A DNA stretch of 59,159 bases, counting the filler, from Sphacelaria rigidula (lineage: Eukaryota): NCBI GenBank assembly GCA_964200075.2. It is 7 parts of 7 records of this genome, joined end to end, with 100 filler letters (N's around TTAATTAATTAA, not from the genome) between each part and the next. Parts side by side here need not be neighbours in the genome. Positions count along the whole stretch, not along the records: positions 25,400 to 33,764 come from CAXNAA020011375.1; positions 33,865 to 42,229 come from CAXNAA020011376.1; 5 more parts are not named here. One strand, given 5' to 3'. A model generated the notes under the pieces. That model saw nothing but the letters and a program-made list of their open reading frames with translations. It had not been told where the DNA came from and did not search any database. Shown piece by piece: positions 25,591 to 37,506 of this stretch. A program made the translations under genes and the position numbers. The first letter of the stretch is position 1. The number at the start of each line of letters is the position of its first letter.

Positions 25591-27676
25591 GTATATATAT
25601 ATATATATATATATCTTCCGCTGTCGATGGTCGAGGGTGACTCACCAACCCGTGGCGAAAACGCACGTTTTACTCCGAAACCGCCACAAAACTTACCGAG
25701 AATGAACTTGAGTCAAAAGACGAACACGCACCTCTTGCACTCCCTTTTCCGTGAGGCCGTTGTCAGCGTGCAGCTTTCCTATCGGGTGAGACTGGATCAC
25801 CCCCTCTTCGTCCGAGCCCCCCTGGCCCGATCTAATCAAAAAGTACCTTGTTATTTTGGAATCCGGCGTCGACAGAACATCATAAAGAAGAACAAAATAG
25901 GGAGCAGAATGATGACGTAGCTTGTGGCATTTGTGATATTTTGCGGGGGCGGGTAGGAAGGGGTTTTTATACCCGAGGGTGCCGTAGATGTTTCAGGGTA
26001 TTTATGGTGGTACCGTGTGTTTTCGATCGAAGAGCGATTTTTCCAGGTTTTGAGGTTACAAAGGACTCGTCATACTTTCTGTTTGACCCCAAATTGTGAG
26101 AATCGATAGGCATGAGTACGCGACACAAATTTCGAACTATTCGTGTATTATGCGACGAATTCCAACGAGTTACGGGCTCACCGGTCGTTGCGGGTCCTAC
26201 GAGTGAACAGCCCCCGGTTATCGCTCTTTGATATTTTCGCTCGACCGAATCAATCCGGATCGCTGTAATGAAAAATTCTATGGGTCAGTTTTATATCTCG
26301 ATAATGATAGTGCTACAGTCGAAAAAACGTGTTCCTGGATCATATACGGTCAGTAACACCTCTCGATAAACGGGGTTTTACTCCGTACTGTTTCGATAAT
26401 AGTAAAATTGGTAAACGTATCCCGAGCACGGCCTGCTTCTTTTCCCCACGCCTACCGACTCTCAAACTTGGCGACAAGTCGTCTGTGAAACAATCCCGAT
26501 TGACTTAACAAAAAGGGGATAAACATGTATAGCGAACCACAGGGTTTCGGAGCACTTACATTTCCAGCAACCAAGTATCAACCCGAGGGACTTGCGGAAA
26601 TCAACGTTTCGAAAATACCGAATATGCTAGGGCGCATGGAATATCGACAGAAGAAAAGGTACAGAGAGTTACATGTCACCTGCAATATCGAGCCGCACCC
26701 CCACCCTACCGTGCTAAATATCTCTCATATTGTTTCTTCGGGCGAGGCCTACGCGCAAACTCCGTGCTGCAGACGGCGGCCGCAGCGAGGAACGGTTCTT
26801 GGCGATGCCCTACATCAGCACCTAAGCACGCGGAACTCCCCACAAAACGTACACCCGCACAGAACACTGCACAACAGCTTACAACACCACCATAAACCGT
26901 GTACGCGCAAGACTTGAAAATGCATATTACAAAACCACACCGAAAGCAGTGGGTGCTGTGATGTGTCAGAAGTCCCGCGTGGTGGTGAATTGGCAGTTTT
27001 CATGCTATATTTGGCTTCGTGCGTGCAGATCAAACAATTCTTTCGCGAACGTCGTATTGCGATGCTTGTTTATGGGAGTCGACAATCACTCACAAAAGCA
27101 CTTCCATGCATAACTCGTCTAGAGTCGGGCAATGAACCTTAAATAAAGACGGTACGCAAATCTGCAATCATCACCCACATTGCACGTCTACGCATCATTG
27201 TCGAAACCAGCAACGCAGGATCACAGGGCTACGTATTTCTTGCCGGGGGAAAATATCGCTTTGAACTACACTCTGCAGTCCATAGTCTGTTGGAAGCGCG
27301 GATCACGGGATTCCACAATCTAGAGACGCTGTGAAGCTGGATCATCTTGGTGCGATGACACTCAGAGAATCCGCACGGCAAATGAGGCGTGCACCAACCA
27401 TATGTCCAGAAAGTCGACGTATACAATTCGATGCGACGAAGCAAAGTGTTGAATAACAACGAACAATCGAAGCGAGTCGGAGTCTGCGGTTAACGGATCG
27501 GGACTGACTGGCTCATCTCTCTCTAATATATATATATATATATCATGAGTTGCCATGTGCAGATATAGTTAGAGCTGGATCGCGAAGTGGAAGCTGGAGA
27601 AAGACACGGGGGTCTTGAAAAGGGGAGTAAAACGACAAGGAGCATAGCGTATAAGACCTCTCGATTGTCGACTCAC

Positions 27677-27886
27677 CGGTTGTTGAGTCTCGCCGGAGGA
27701 AAGTCCAGCATTCCATTGGCCGACGCCGGTTCGGGGCCCCGAAATACCGCACCAAGTGTCACGGCACCCGCAATCACAACAGAGCTCAAGAAGTCCTTGC
27801 GGGACACATACCTCTCATCACCTCCAGCCACCATTCCAAGAGCGAGAGTGCCCCCTGTTTTTGCGCTTGTACGCTGGTTGGAGCAT
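27677..27886 (-). CDS. Internal exon of a nucleus-encoded thylakoid-lumen protein, likely phosphoglycerate-mutase/histidine-phosphatase-like
   Basis: Splice sites ccgtag|...|gtgagt; 210 bp, open frame. It encodes SRKDFL, a hydrophobic stretch and PASA (Tat signal), then GMLDFPPARLNNR, resembling from memory the plant lumenal PGM-family start GLFQMPPxRLSNRY. Confidence 0.7.
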
Positions 27887-30800
27887 CTACGGGGCGCGAG
27901 CGTGGGGGGTAGTTGTGACAAGTACGGAGAAGATATGGATACGATGGAAAGTGCGGAACCATTTTATTGGGGAGGGGCATACTCATTTGTTGCTTGCCTA
28001 TTGTTAGTCGTTTGGCCATTGACCACGCACCGCTTTCGAGATGGAGCACCGTTCCTACTCCTCATAGGGACACCCCCAATATTTTGGCGCTCATTGCGTG
28101 TCTTTAATACAGTACACAGAAACCTTTCACATACCTTATCCCCTTCGTGATTCGCAGTCTGTGACCACCAGGGGGCGGGGGAGGGGTTAAGGCACGGAGA
28201 CGGATAACAAAAGAGCAAGGTTTTCGAGAATGTTTAGCAATTGGTTTCCTGGGGGTGGGTCACATAGAAGCTAACAGTCACAGGGTATCAATCGCCAACA
28301 TGGTTATTTAAATCGGTTTTTCGGGCCCCGTTGATCCTCTGAGCGTCGGGTCTCGTTTCGGTACAATACTTTCGACTGGACAGTCCCGCGGAAGAAATGC
28401 ACACAATGTTCGCGTAATCTCACGTTTGGAACACCATACAATACCGTGCTATAGTGTCCGTACAGGACGTAAAAGTTACTGTTTGTATGCGGTACAGTAC
28501 AGTGGTCTACCACTGCTGTTCCACCTAAGTTGCACGGTACCGTCATCAAGCACTCGCACACAAACCCGCGGCTGCACTGGCACCGGGCAGGGAAAGGATG
28601 GGCAAAGAATGATTTGGATGGGCATTGCGAAACTTTTGCTTGATTCATGCTTTGCTACCGGGTTGTTCGTATTTCCCCCTCAAATAGACAGTTACCTGCT
28701 CATATGTGACTGCCTTGTCTTTCGTGCATTGCCATATCACCTACTTTCTCCCAATACCACCCACTCAACTCACGTGAGACGGCCTTTTCAATCTGGGCAA
28801 AACTGGCGTCCCTCATTTTTTTTCAGGTCTCCAATCCGTGATCCACCTGAGGGGCCCGGCGGCAAACGTTTTCAGGGCTTTTTCCTGTAGGCACTTTTTG
28901 TGTCAAACACGAAATATCGTTCAATGCCGAATTTTCCCATCGTAAAATACTCTGGCAGAGATGGTTGACATTTTATATACTGTAAAATCTAATGTCCAGT
29001 CACGAGAGAGACAGCGTTGTATTCACTACCCCGAGCTCAACACGCCCCAATCTTCAGTATCAGAGGTGCCCTGCGCATTATACTTTTCGTTTTTCGGGAG
29101 GGCTGCGCTGGACATATCGCGACTCCAAAGACCCGTGGTCGTGGGCGGGGTGGGATAAGACTTCACACTGCCTACACGGCTTTAACCTGCTGCGGACCCG
29201 AGCGGACCCTTTCGGGGTTTTGGGACTCAACAGCCTTCGAGGGTTTGCGACGAACACGCCCGTCTAACACCACCATGATGTCTTTGTAGCATGGAATCGT
29301 TCGTGCAGCGCTTCCATACGATGATTACAAGGCATCATGGGGATGGTGGCTGAGGTGTGCTGGCGCGTTGCACCCGGCACACCAAGGACTGACTGTTATA
29401 CCGGGATGCAAGCCTACACTCGTGAGCCCACAGCACACCTGGCCACGCACGAGAGAGTTCTATCTTTACAGACATTACAATTAGACTCGCTCAAAACGGA
29501 ACCCATGTTTTTGAACGGCGTGATTGATGCTCTGTGCTCCCAAGACATGTATCTAGAGATGCACGGCGGCACTCGCATTGGTGAGTTGTTTGTACTGAGC
29601 ACAGCGCGCCGGACAGGGCCTCGGCCTGCGATAGTTGAAATATGACGTTCGACTCGACAATTGCAGCCCCTGAGCTCTTGTGGCAGAAGCGAAAAGCGAA
29701 AAGCGAAGAGTAAGAAAATTTGGCTGTGACATTTGGCGAGATTTGAGATTTGACGAGATGTACACACAAAGCTACGTGCTAAGAACGGCTGTAACGTATC
29801 ATCTATGAAGTCCGCACGCATCAATGGATGCAGCCCATGGACTGGATGGACACGTCGTAGTCATGCGACTAAAATCACAAAAAAAAAGTTGGTACACTCT
29901 GCCCGCTGCTCCTGGCTGAAGCAAATTTGCGAGTGAAACACAAATGCTTGTGGATGCAAGCAAGAACATTTGGCACGTCTACAGCTGTTACATTGATGCA
30001 CACATACTCGCAGTAGCTGTTGGCGCATCATGTGACCCAAGTACGCCTAGTTTTGGAGTACGCCTAGTTTTTATAAGACGTAAAGCATCACTAGTGAGTA
30101 ACCACTTTTGCCATTGATTCTCTCGAAAAGCGAGCACGACCGTGCAACCTCGAAACACGCTGTTTATCGCTCGACAGCGTGCTCTTCAGTCTCTTTTTTT
30201 TTTCAAATCTTCGCGTCGCGGCCAGTGCGGTTTACGAGAAAAGCGAGGTTTAAGTATTTTCTATTGCCGGGTGTTACCTCCCGTATACTGCAGGCCTAGT
30301 TACTCTTACTTGAAGAAGTACCTGCTACATTCGCCGATCGATCTCAAGCGACAATAGCCGATCTTGAAGTACTAGCAAGGTCACAGACTCTGCCGACTAC
30401 AGTGCTGCGCCGGGACTGCGCTGCATCGTGCGACCATAGGCTGCAACAGCCAGCAGACGCAAACTGCAACATAAGCCCCAACTATTGATGACGCCTTAGA
30501 CCTGCTATTCGTACGTACCTAGAGAGAGTCGGGGTGATGAACCCAGATACCGTTTGCAGTTGATATGCAGCACTGAGAATAGTATAGGTCTCGCGAAGAC
30601 GCAGCGGGGCCATGATGTACAGCGTTGCCGTGGGGGGCGTGGGGGCGTAAATCAGGGCACGCACTGTGTTGAACCTCGCGTGTGACTCGGCGCAGATGCG
30701 GCGCAATATCCAGACTTTCTGTTATTTGATTGGTCAAACGATTGAACGTTCTTTGAGGGTGCACTTATACTTTTAGCTTCTTGCTGGCACACCCTGCGGC

Positions 30801-31158
30801 CGGAGGGATGTCCCACTGAGCTCAAAAGACATGCATTTAGTCTTCGAACTATGCATGACATGCAGCGAGTACACGACCGCGGAAAGAATCAATCTAATGA
30901 TGTTGCCCTTGTAGTTGTGTAACCTCCGCCTCCACCCTTTCCACCGAGAAGTAGTTGTTACAACAATGATCACGATCGTTCTTGCTCGTCGTGTTCCTCT
31001 TCGTTCATCTCCCAAAAATGAAGCCAACGCAGGAAGGGATCTTCACGTCATCGAAAAACTCGGAGTTCCAACACGAGGGAGGATTATTCCAGTGCTGGCG
31101 ATAGTTTGGCCCACATCCCCACCGAGAGAAAAGGTAAGCGATTGGGCAGGGGAGTAGC

Positions 31159-31302
31159 CTACACCTCCGTCTTCTCAGCTGTAGGGGACATCTGGATGGA
31201 GGAGTTGGACGATTCAGGGCCAACGACGCCCGTCATCAGCGTGAAGGGCGTGGAGGGCAAGTGCTGGAGCGGCAAGTCCGGCGGCTTAAGCGGCCTATTT
31301 CC
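31159..31302 (-). CDS. Possible terminal exon of the MFS-like gene
   Basis: Acceptor ccacag|, GC3-rich open frame ending in TAG (…PTAEKTEV*). It needs a phase-1 donor upstream, and the opposite strand also reads plausibly (see findings). Confidence 0.35.
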   Translation of the reverse strand, partial: GNRPLKPPDLPLQHLPSTPFTLMTGVVGPESSNSSIQMSPTAEKTEV

Positions 31303-32161
31303 TGTGGCTATTGTGGAGCGAGGTCGGCATATGCATGCCTCGGTCAAGATCCCTTTGAAGCGGGGCACATTACAGCATTTTCAATAATAAAGCCTGCGAA
31401 ACGGTGCAGACGAGGCGAAGGGCGGGTGCATGAATGGATCTTCCTTCCTCTTCAGTTTTGTTCCCGGCTATCGAATGGCTTCACAAGTATGCTTCGTACT
31501 ACAGGCAACTTATAGAGGAGCCATCAGAACGAGGATAAAAACGTCATATACTATACAGAATGGCCACGAACCATTCCACGACACGGGTTTATTATGTGCA
31601 TCTGCCGAAAAATCGTCGTTGTTGAGTGCACAGGTACTGATCAAACACAGTACTCTTTGTATGGTTGAATCTTGCCGGGTTCGATGTGTACCCCAGCGAT
31701 ACAGACACGCCAACAACTCACGCCGGCAAAGAACCACTCATGCGTAAAAAAGACACGCATTATGGGGTAAATCAGCTTCGCGCATTACTCACACACGTGA
31801 ACTATACAAGTGGAAGACCAGAAAGGATTTCCAAGCAAACGTCTCAAGGGAAATCTCTTTTTGATTGACCGAAGGGTTGGCGATGGGAAATGCCACGAGG
31901 TTTGGAGGTGGTACCGCAGTTTCACCTAGGAATCGACAGAAGCTGCGAAACCCAACCCCAGGAAACCGTTACTCACAGTACGAACCGGGCAACGAAATCA
32001 GCGCGGGCAATATGACCGCAGCAGATTTCTCAAGATTCCTTGCCCATAACCCCCTCAGTCCACTCGCCTCCCTGATGGCGCTTCCCCCCTACCCCTACAT
32101 CATGATATCCACCACCAGCATTCCCGCAATCATAAAAGAAATCACACATGACAAAACCTAC

Positions 32162-32668
32162 AGCTGAATCCCCGCCACCCGCTCCCGCCGCACCACGCCT
32201 CCCATTCTCCCCACCACCACCACCTGTACCAATGGTGGCGTCAACAAACATAGAAGCAAGATACAGCCCCAAAAACCCCACAGCACTCAATCGGAAACAT
32301 GCAACTCCGGCCCCAATCCCCGCCTGCACAGCTCTTGAAAACACTGCACCCGCTATCAAAACGCCCACTACTCTGGAAGCACCGGTGGCCACCGCCACCA
32401 GTGCCCCGACCCTTTTGCTTGCCCTAGTGCGACGCCGCCTCTCGAATTTGTCGTCCCGGCCCCCATTGGTGCCATGGTCACAACTGTTGGCATAAAGAGT
32501 CGGCAGCGTTATAGCGAGCAGTTGGGCCAAAGCGTGGCGTGCCACCAATCCCGCGGCCTTGGCGATTGACAGTGCAAGTACCACAGCGGCGAAGAGAGCG
32601 TTCGTCTGCTTGTGCGATAGGGCCCAGGATGAGGTTCCAAGGGCCGAAAAGACCATCGCAACGACCAC
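32162..32668 (-). CDS. Exon encoding the C-terminal TM helices of an MFS-like membrane transporter
   Basis: Acceptor aaacag|GTG; 169 open codons with about four hydrophobic helices and a basic loop before GALVAVATGASRVVG, typical of MFS TM10-12. Donor position uncertain. Confidence 0.65.
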
Positions 32669-33246
32669 CTGTTTAAATTAGTTTCGCCAAAAGGGGGGAG
32701 TCGGGTGCGCCATGGAACATGAGCTGAACGTGCAAAACCCGTGACAAGAAAACGTGGAACGCACGTGTGTACTGACCGTAAGTAAAAGTGTGTATAGCCG
32801 ATGGTGGAAAAAGCCCTTGATTCCGCCTCCTTTCCTTCTTGGCGCTTTTTTCGCTTTTTATTCTTCACCTTTCCCTCTCTACGAGTATCCTTTAGCGAGC
32901 GTTCACTTACATTTCACCTCGGGAACGTCTAGTTTGTGACCACGGTCAGGCTCGTAGTGGATCAGTTGATGTTAATGTGCGACAATCAAATCCTGTCAAA
33001 TCGAATCAATCAGTCGTCTTAGGTCGGCACAGAGTGTCACCGGGTGGATAGGTCAAGGGGAAGGAGAGGGCATGTATGGTGTGGCATAGCGGGGGAAACG
33101 GCGAATGTCGGTTCGGGTGTGAGTGGCCGACAACACTTGAAAATACACAAAACGACTGCGCCAGTCGTTGGATTGCAAATCCTGCGGCGTATCGATAAAT
33201 ATCTAACCAAAAAGGCAAGGTAGCCGCGCAAAGGTTTTGTCCTCAC

Positions 33247-33296
33247 CAGCATTCGGTCGCCAAGGTAGACTTCGCTAGCGAACATCACACTCGGAA
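33247..33296 (-). CDS. Candidate small upstream exon of the MFS-like gene
   Basis: Good donor CTG|gtgagg in phase 0, joining PSVMFASEVYLGDRML to VVVAM; weak acceptor. Confidence 0.3.
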
Positions 33297-34647
33297 CTAT
33301 GTATTATGCCCTGTGCCTTGTGCACCATATGAAATCAAATAATTAATGCCATCGACAGACGAACGCTACTTAACGACACAACGCCATTCTCCGACGGATC
33401 CGGACTAGTGGTACCGCCGAGATACTAGTATTTGAAAAAGACGATAGTAGAGATCATCATGCACTATGATACAGCACACGAAATGACACATGATGGGGGA
33501 GCGCTGCAACAGGCATTGCAACCTACTAAATAACAACCAGTGAAAAATTAACCATACTGACCTCAATCTGCGGCTGCTAGACATTCACATTCGAAAAAAC
33601 ACTCACACGTACCAACGTGTATTTGACCTGATGAATCGCACTATTCCAATTTTCAAATTGGTTGTTGTCTCAGGCTATTTCAGATTCGGCTATAGATTTC
33701 TGTGACAGAAAACACTCTCGTTCTTCCGCAATACTTTAGCAGAACCTTTCGGCAAACTGCTCAANNNNNNNNNNNNNNNNNNNNNNNNNNNNNNNNNNNN
33801 NNNNNNNNTTAATTAATTAANNNNNNNNNNNNNNNNNNNNNNNNNNNNNNNNNNNNNNNNNNNNGTCTCGGCATTGTAGGGATGCGAGGTCAATGGTCTG
33901 ATGACTATGGCATGCATGATCATGAGCACACCCCCCTCCGCATGCGTTCCTCCGCATGCTGCATTACACCGTTGCCGCCGAACGTGTACGCTTGTGTGTG
34001 TGTTACATGGTTTCCTTGGGGAGGGGTACTTATTTGTTGCTCGCCTTGGTCATCTTGCCATTGACGACGCATCTCTTTCGAGACGCAGCACCGTTCCTCC
34101 TCCTAGTAGAGACACCTTCAACATGTATCTCCTAGTATAGCCATCGTTTTTTCGCTATTATCTATGATAGCTGACGCAGTTAGTGGCGTGTTTTACAGCG
34201 TCATCGCCAACCGACGCCAACCCCATAAAGGGTCCGCTCCTACAAAGCCAAGACGGAGCACGCCGGATTTTCGCCGGACCAGGCTGAAGAGGAGGGACGT
34301 ACTCATGTGTTGCTTGCCTTAGTCGTTTGACCATCGACAACGTATCCCTTTCGAGACGGAGCACCGCACCCAGAGGGGGGACTTCACTTTAAAATCATTT
34401 TTTGTCACCGCGGGCTTGATCAGTACGGGCTGACTTGTGATCGATCAGCGAGTGACTTGGGGAGGACGTGTGGGCTTGACTGCAGTCGACGAAGCTGGAT
34501 GGAGGATACGTGGAACATGCGGCACCGACACACCACGACGTGACAAAACCGGTACACAACGGGAACGTCGAAAGCCGCACAGAACCTGATTTTGTCATGA
34601 ACGTTGAAAGCCGTAACTTATTTCGTCATGAACGTCAAATGCAACAG

Positions 34648-34833
34648 GTCCTGGCGGCTACGGTAGCAGCTGGAGTTTCGTCGAGTTTCGCCGCCACGCT
34701 CGGAGGCGTTCTCTTCTCCATTGAGATCACGACCCTCTACTACGACTTGGGCAACTACTTGAAGGCCTTCATTGCTTCAGTGTCCGGATCGGTTGCCGTC
34801 AGCATCGTGCGTACAATAGCTGAAGGGTCATCG
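34648..34833 (+). CDS. CLC: CLC chloride channel/transporter, exon a
   Basis: cag|...|gtgaga; VLAATVAAGVSSSFAATLGGVLFSIEITTLYYDLGNY matches the CLC helix H-I signature GGVLFSIE. Confidence 0.92.
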
Positions 34834-34894
34834 GTGAGAGCTAGAAATTTGAGAAATGATGCCTGTGCACACATGCACATTTTCTTATGCACGT

Positions 34895-35194
34895 GCCGCA
34901 CCCCGGTGGTGTAATGGTCCGACCGTCAACGGTAGAATGGAGAGAACGTGGGTTCGAGTCCTGCAACATGTTTTTTTTTTTTCCAAGTTTCTGCTTCGTC
35001 TAAATTCTGATGAGGTTGAGTGAACAACAAGCAGTTGACTGAATTTGTTTGATGAGAGTTGACGCGGTGCGGGAGTGATGATGGTCATTATCCAATCCGC
35101 GAGACCAAAATGGAACCCGTGTGCCGGGGAGAGATGAGATGATCCCTTGAGACCACGGACCCGTCCCAAGGAAGAGGAGGGTTTAAAAGTGAGG
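34895..35194 (+). mobile_element. SINE family B in a CLC intron
   Basis: A box tggtgtaatgg, B box ggttcgagtcc and the shared tail. Further partial minus-strand copies lie at about 40609-40650 and 40950-41115. Confidence 0.8.
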
Positions 35195-37377
35195 CAACAA
35201 GAGGAATGGTGATATGAAATACATGCATACCAGGGTAAAATACTAGAAAGGAGGCGCGCGTCATGAATATACAAATATTACTTCGTCTGTCCCATAAGTC
35301 TCTATCGTAATCTTTGTGCGAGCCCTTGACGATTTTCGATTTCTTGGTTGCATTCGCTGGCGTTTTTTTAGCTAGAAACAACTCTCTTTCTACAACGTGG
35401 GTGCTTGATCCTTGCAGCATCGCGGCCGACAAAAAAGTAGGTCGGTCAAAATATGGCCATTTTCCCCTCTTCATCCCGGTGAAGCATAGGAGACCCGGGA
35501 ATCGCGAAAATTTGTGAAAACCGCAGAACCACCACTGATTTGGATATCTCCGTGACGTTAACCTACGCACGCCCCACCTACCAAATTTTCAGCATGTAAT
35601 CGCGAGTGCTCGACGTAAAAACGTCCAAAATCGGTCAACATCGGGGTATAAGTGGACCAAAAAGGGCCAAAACGGAGTATATTTTGACATAATTTTAGCA
35701 TTGAAAACTTTTTTTTTTCTTTTTTTTTCTCAGTCAGCTTCGTCCGCACGTTATCCCTCTAACGAGCCCCAACTGTAGGATGATCATGAGCGTTGAAATA
35801 CCCAAACGGTTAAACGTCCATAACGATACAGACTTATGGGACAGAGGAAGTATGTACATAGTGTGTATAACCGAAGCTATGATACCACCTTTGTTTTTGC
35901 CTTGGGAAAGCGGACCTTTCTTGTCCTTCAATTGTCGGTATTCGGATCCGAGGCCGGAATATATTGGCTAGTCGTTTGCAAGAAAATTGGTCCTGGCTGG
36001 CCTGTGGCTCCCACATCCACGTTGAGATTGAGCTCTGGTAAAATGATGCGAGGTCGACTACAGTACGGCATGCAATATCATGAGTACCCCAACTCCGTCC
36101 CTCTGTTTTTTACTCGCGATATTGAACGTTATTTTTCACTTTCATGTTTTCCTCTTCGGCATGCTACTGCGGCGGCCTCATCAGGCATCCCGCAACCGTA
36201 AGCCCTAAAATCCTGAACCTCATCATAACCCTAAGAAGTCGGGCAGATGTGTCGTTAATAATGTAGTAGTGGTGGATCCAGGCTGCAGAGTGACAGTGAC
36301 AAGCCAATTCACCGAACTCCTCGCAGATGACGTCGCAAATAGTAAAACATTGCTCATTAACTCTTTTGGGACGCGGACTCCCAGGAACATGTGGCTTGCA
36401 CGCAGGGGCGTTTCCGTGGATCAGCATTATTTTTACTTGGAAACGATTGAAAATGATGTCGATTCACAGAAAACCCTGCGTGCAAACCACATGTTTCTGG
36501 GAACCCGGTCCCAAAAGGGTTAAACCACAACTCGTGACAAAACTCAACAACATGCGCCTTTTCTGTTTCTTGTGGGTTAGCATGAAGACCAGGTTTCAGG
36601 GTAGGGTTAGGGTTGACATGGGGTGCAGCTTTATCGCGTCCACTACTGTACTGTAGCGCCGAACACGTGCGAGAGCGTATTGCCAACAAGACCAGCCGCG
36701 ACCCGCCCATCATGTCGGCCTATTCCACGAAAGCAATAGAACAACAGTTGGCTCGGCTGAACCCTAGGCTTTTGTATCGGTATCCATAAATATGACATAT
36801 AACGGAGATTGGCGAAGCCGACATATCGGGAAAATATCGACACGTATCGCAAAAAATATCGGGTGAGCAGGCTGCCGGAGACGGGAAATTGGGGCGTTCG
36901 TAATTCATTTTTGATCAGTGTTGGCCCAAATTGTGATCACCCCATCCCCCCATACTATCAGGACGGGTATAAGATATGTAAAGGGTCTCGGTGTAATGTA
37001 TGGAAGATACGTAGTGAGCGTCCATATGTTGGAGGTGTCTCTATCAGGGACAGGAGCAGTGCTCTGTCTTGTGATGTGTAGCCACTGATGAGATGACTAA
37101 CGGAAGCTACAAATAAGTACGCCTTCCCCTCCCCCCTCCTTACTCCAAAGTGCTCCGTCTCGAAAGGGATGCGTGGTCAATGGTCAAATGACTAAGGCAA
37201 GCAACAAATGAGTACGCCCCCCCCCTCCTTACTCCAAAATTGTCGGTCGAAGTATCGGTCCGATTTTCCTATGTTCAATACAACATGTGTCGGAGCATAA
37301 ATAGTACCAAATGCATCGATGCCGATTCACAAGCCTGCTGATTTTCCCCGTGTACCAAAACCATATGATTTGTTAAG

Positions 37378-37506
37378 GCGTACATCGAGAGAACTTTTTC
37401 GGCGGACGAGATCAGGCTCTGGCAGTATACCGTCTGTGCGCTCATGGGTGTGCTGTGCGGGTTCCTCGGTCCCGTGTATGTCAACTTCCGACTGCACATG
37501 CTCAAG
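37378..37506 (+). CDS. CLC: CLC exon b
   Basis: taag|...|gtgagg, phase 0-0; AYIERTFSADEIRLWQYTVCALMGVLCGFLGPVYVNFR matches the helix J pattern GxxCGxLG. Confidence 0.85.
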
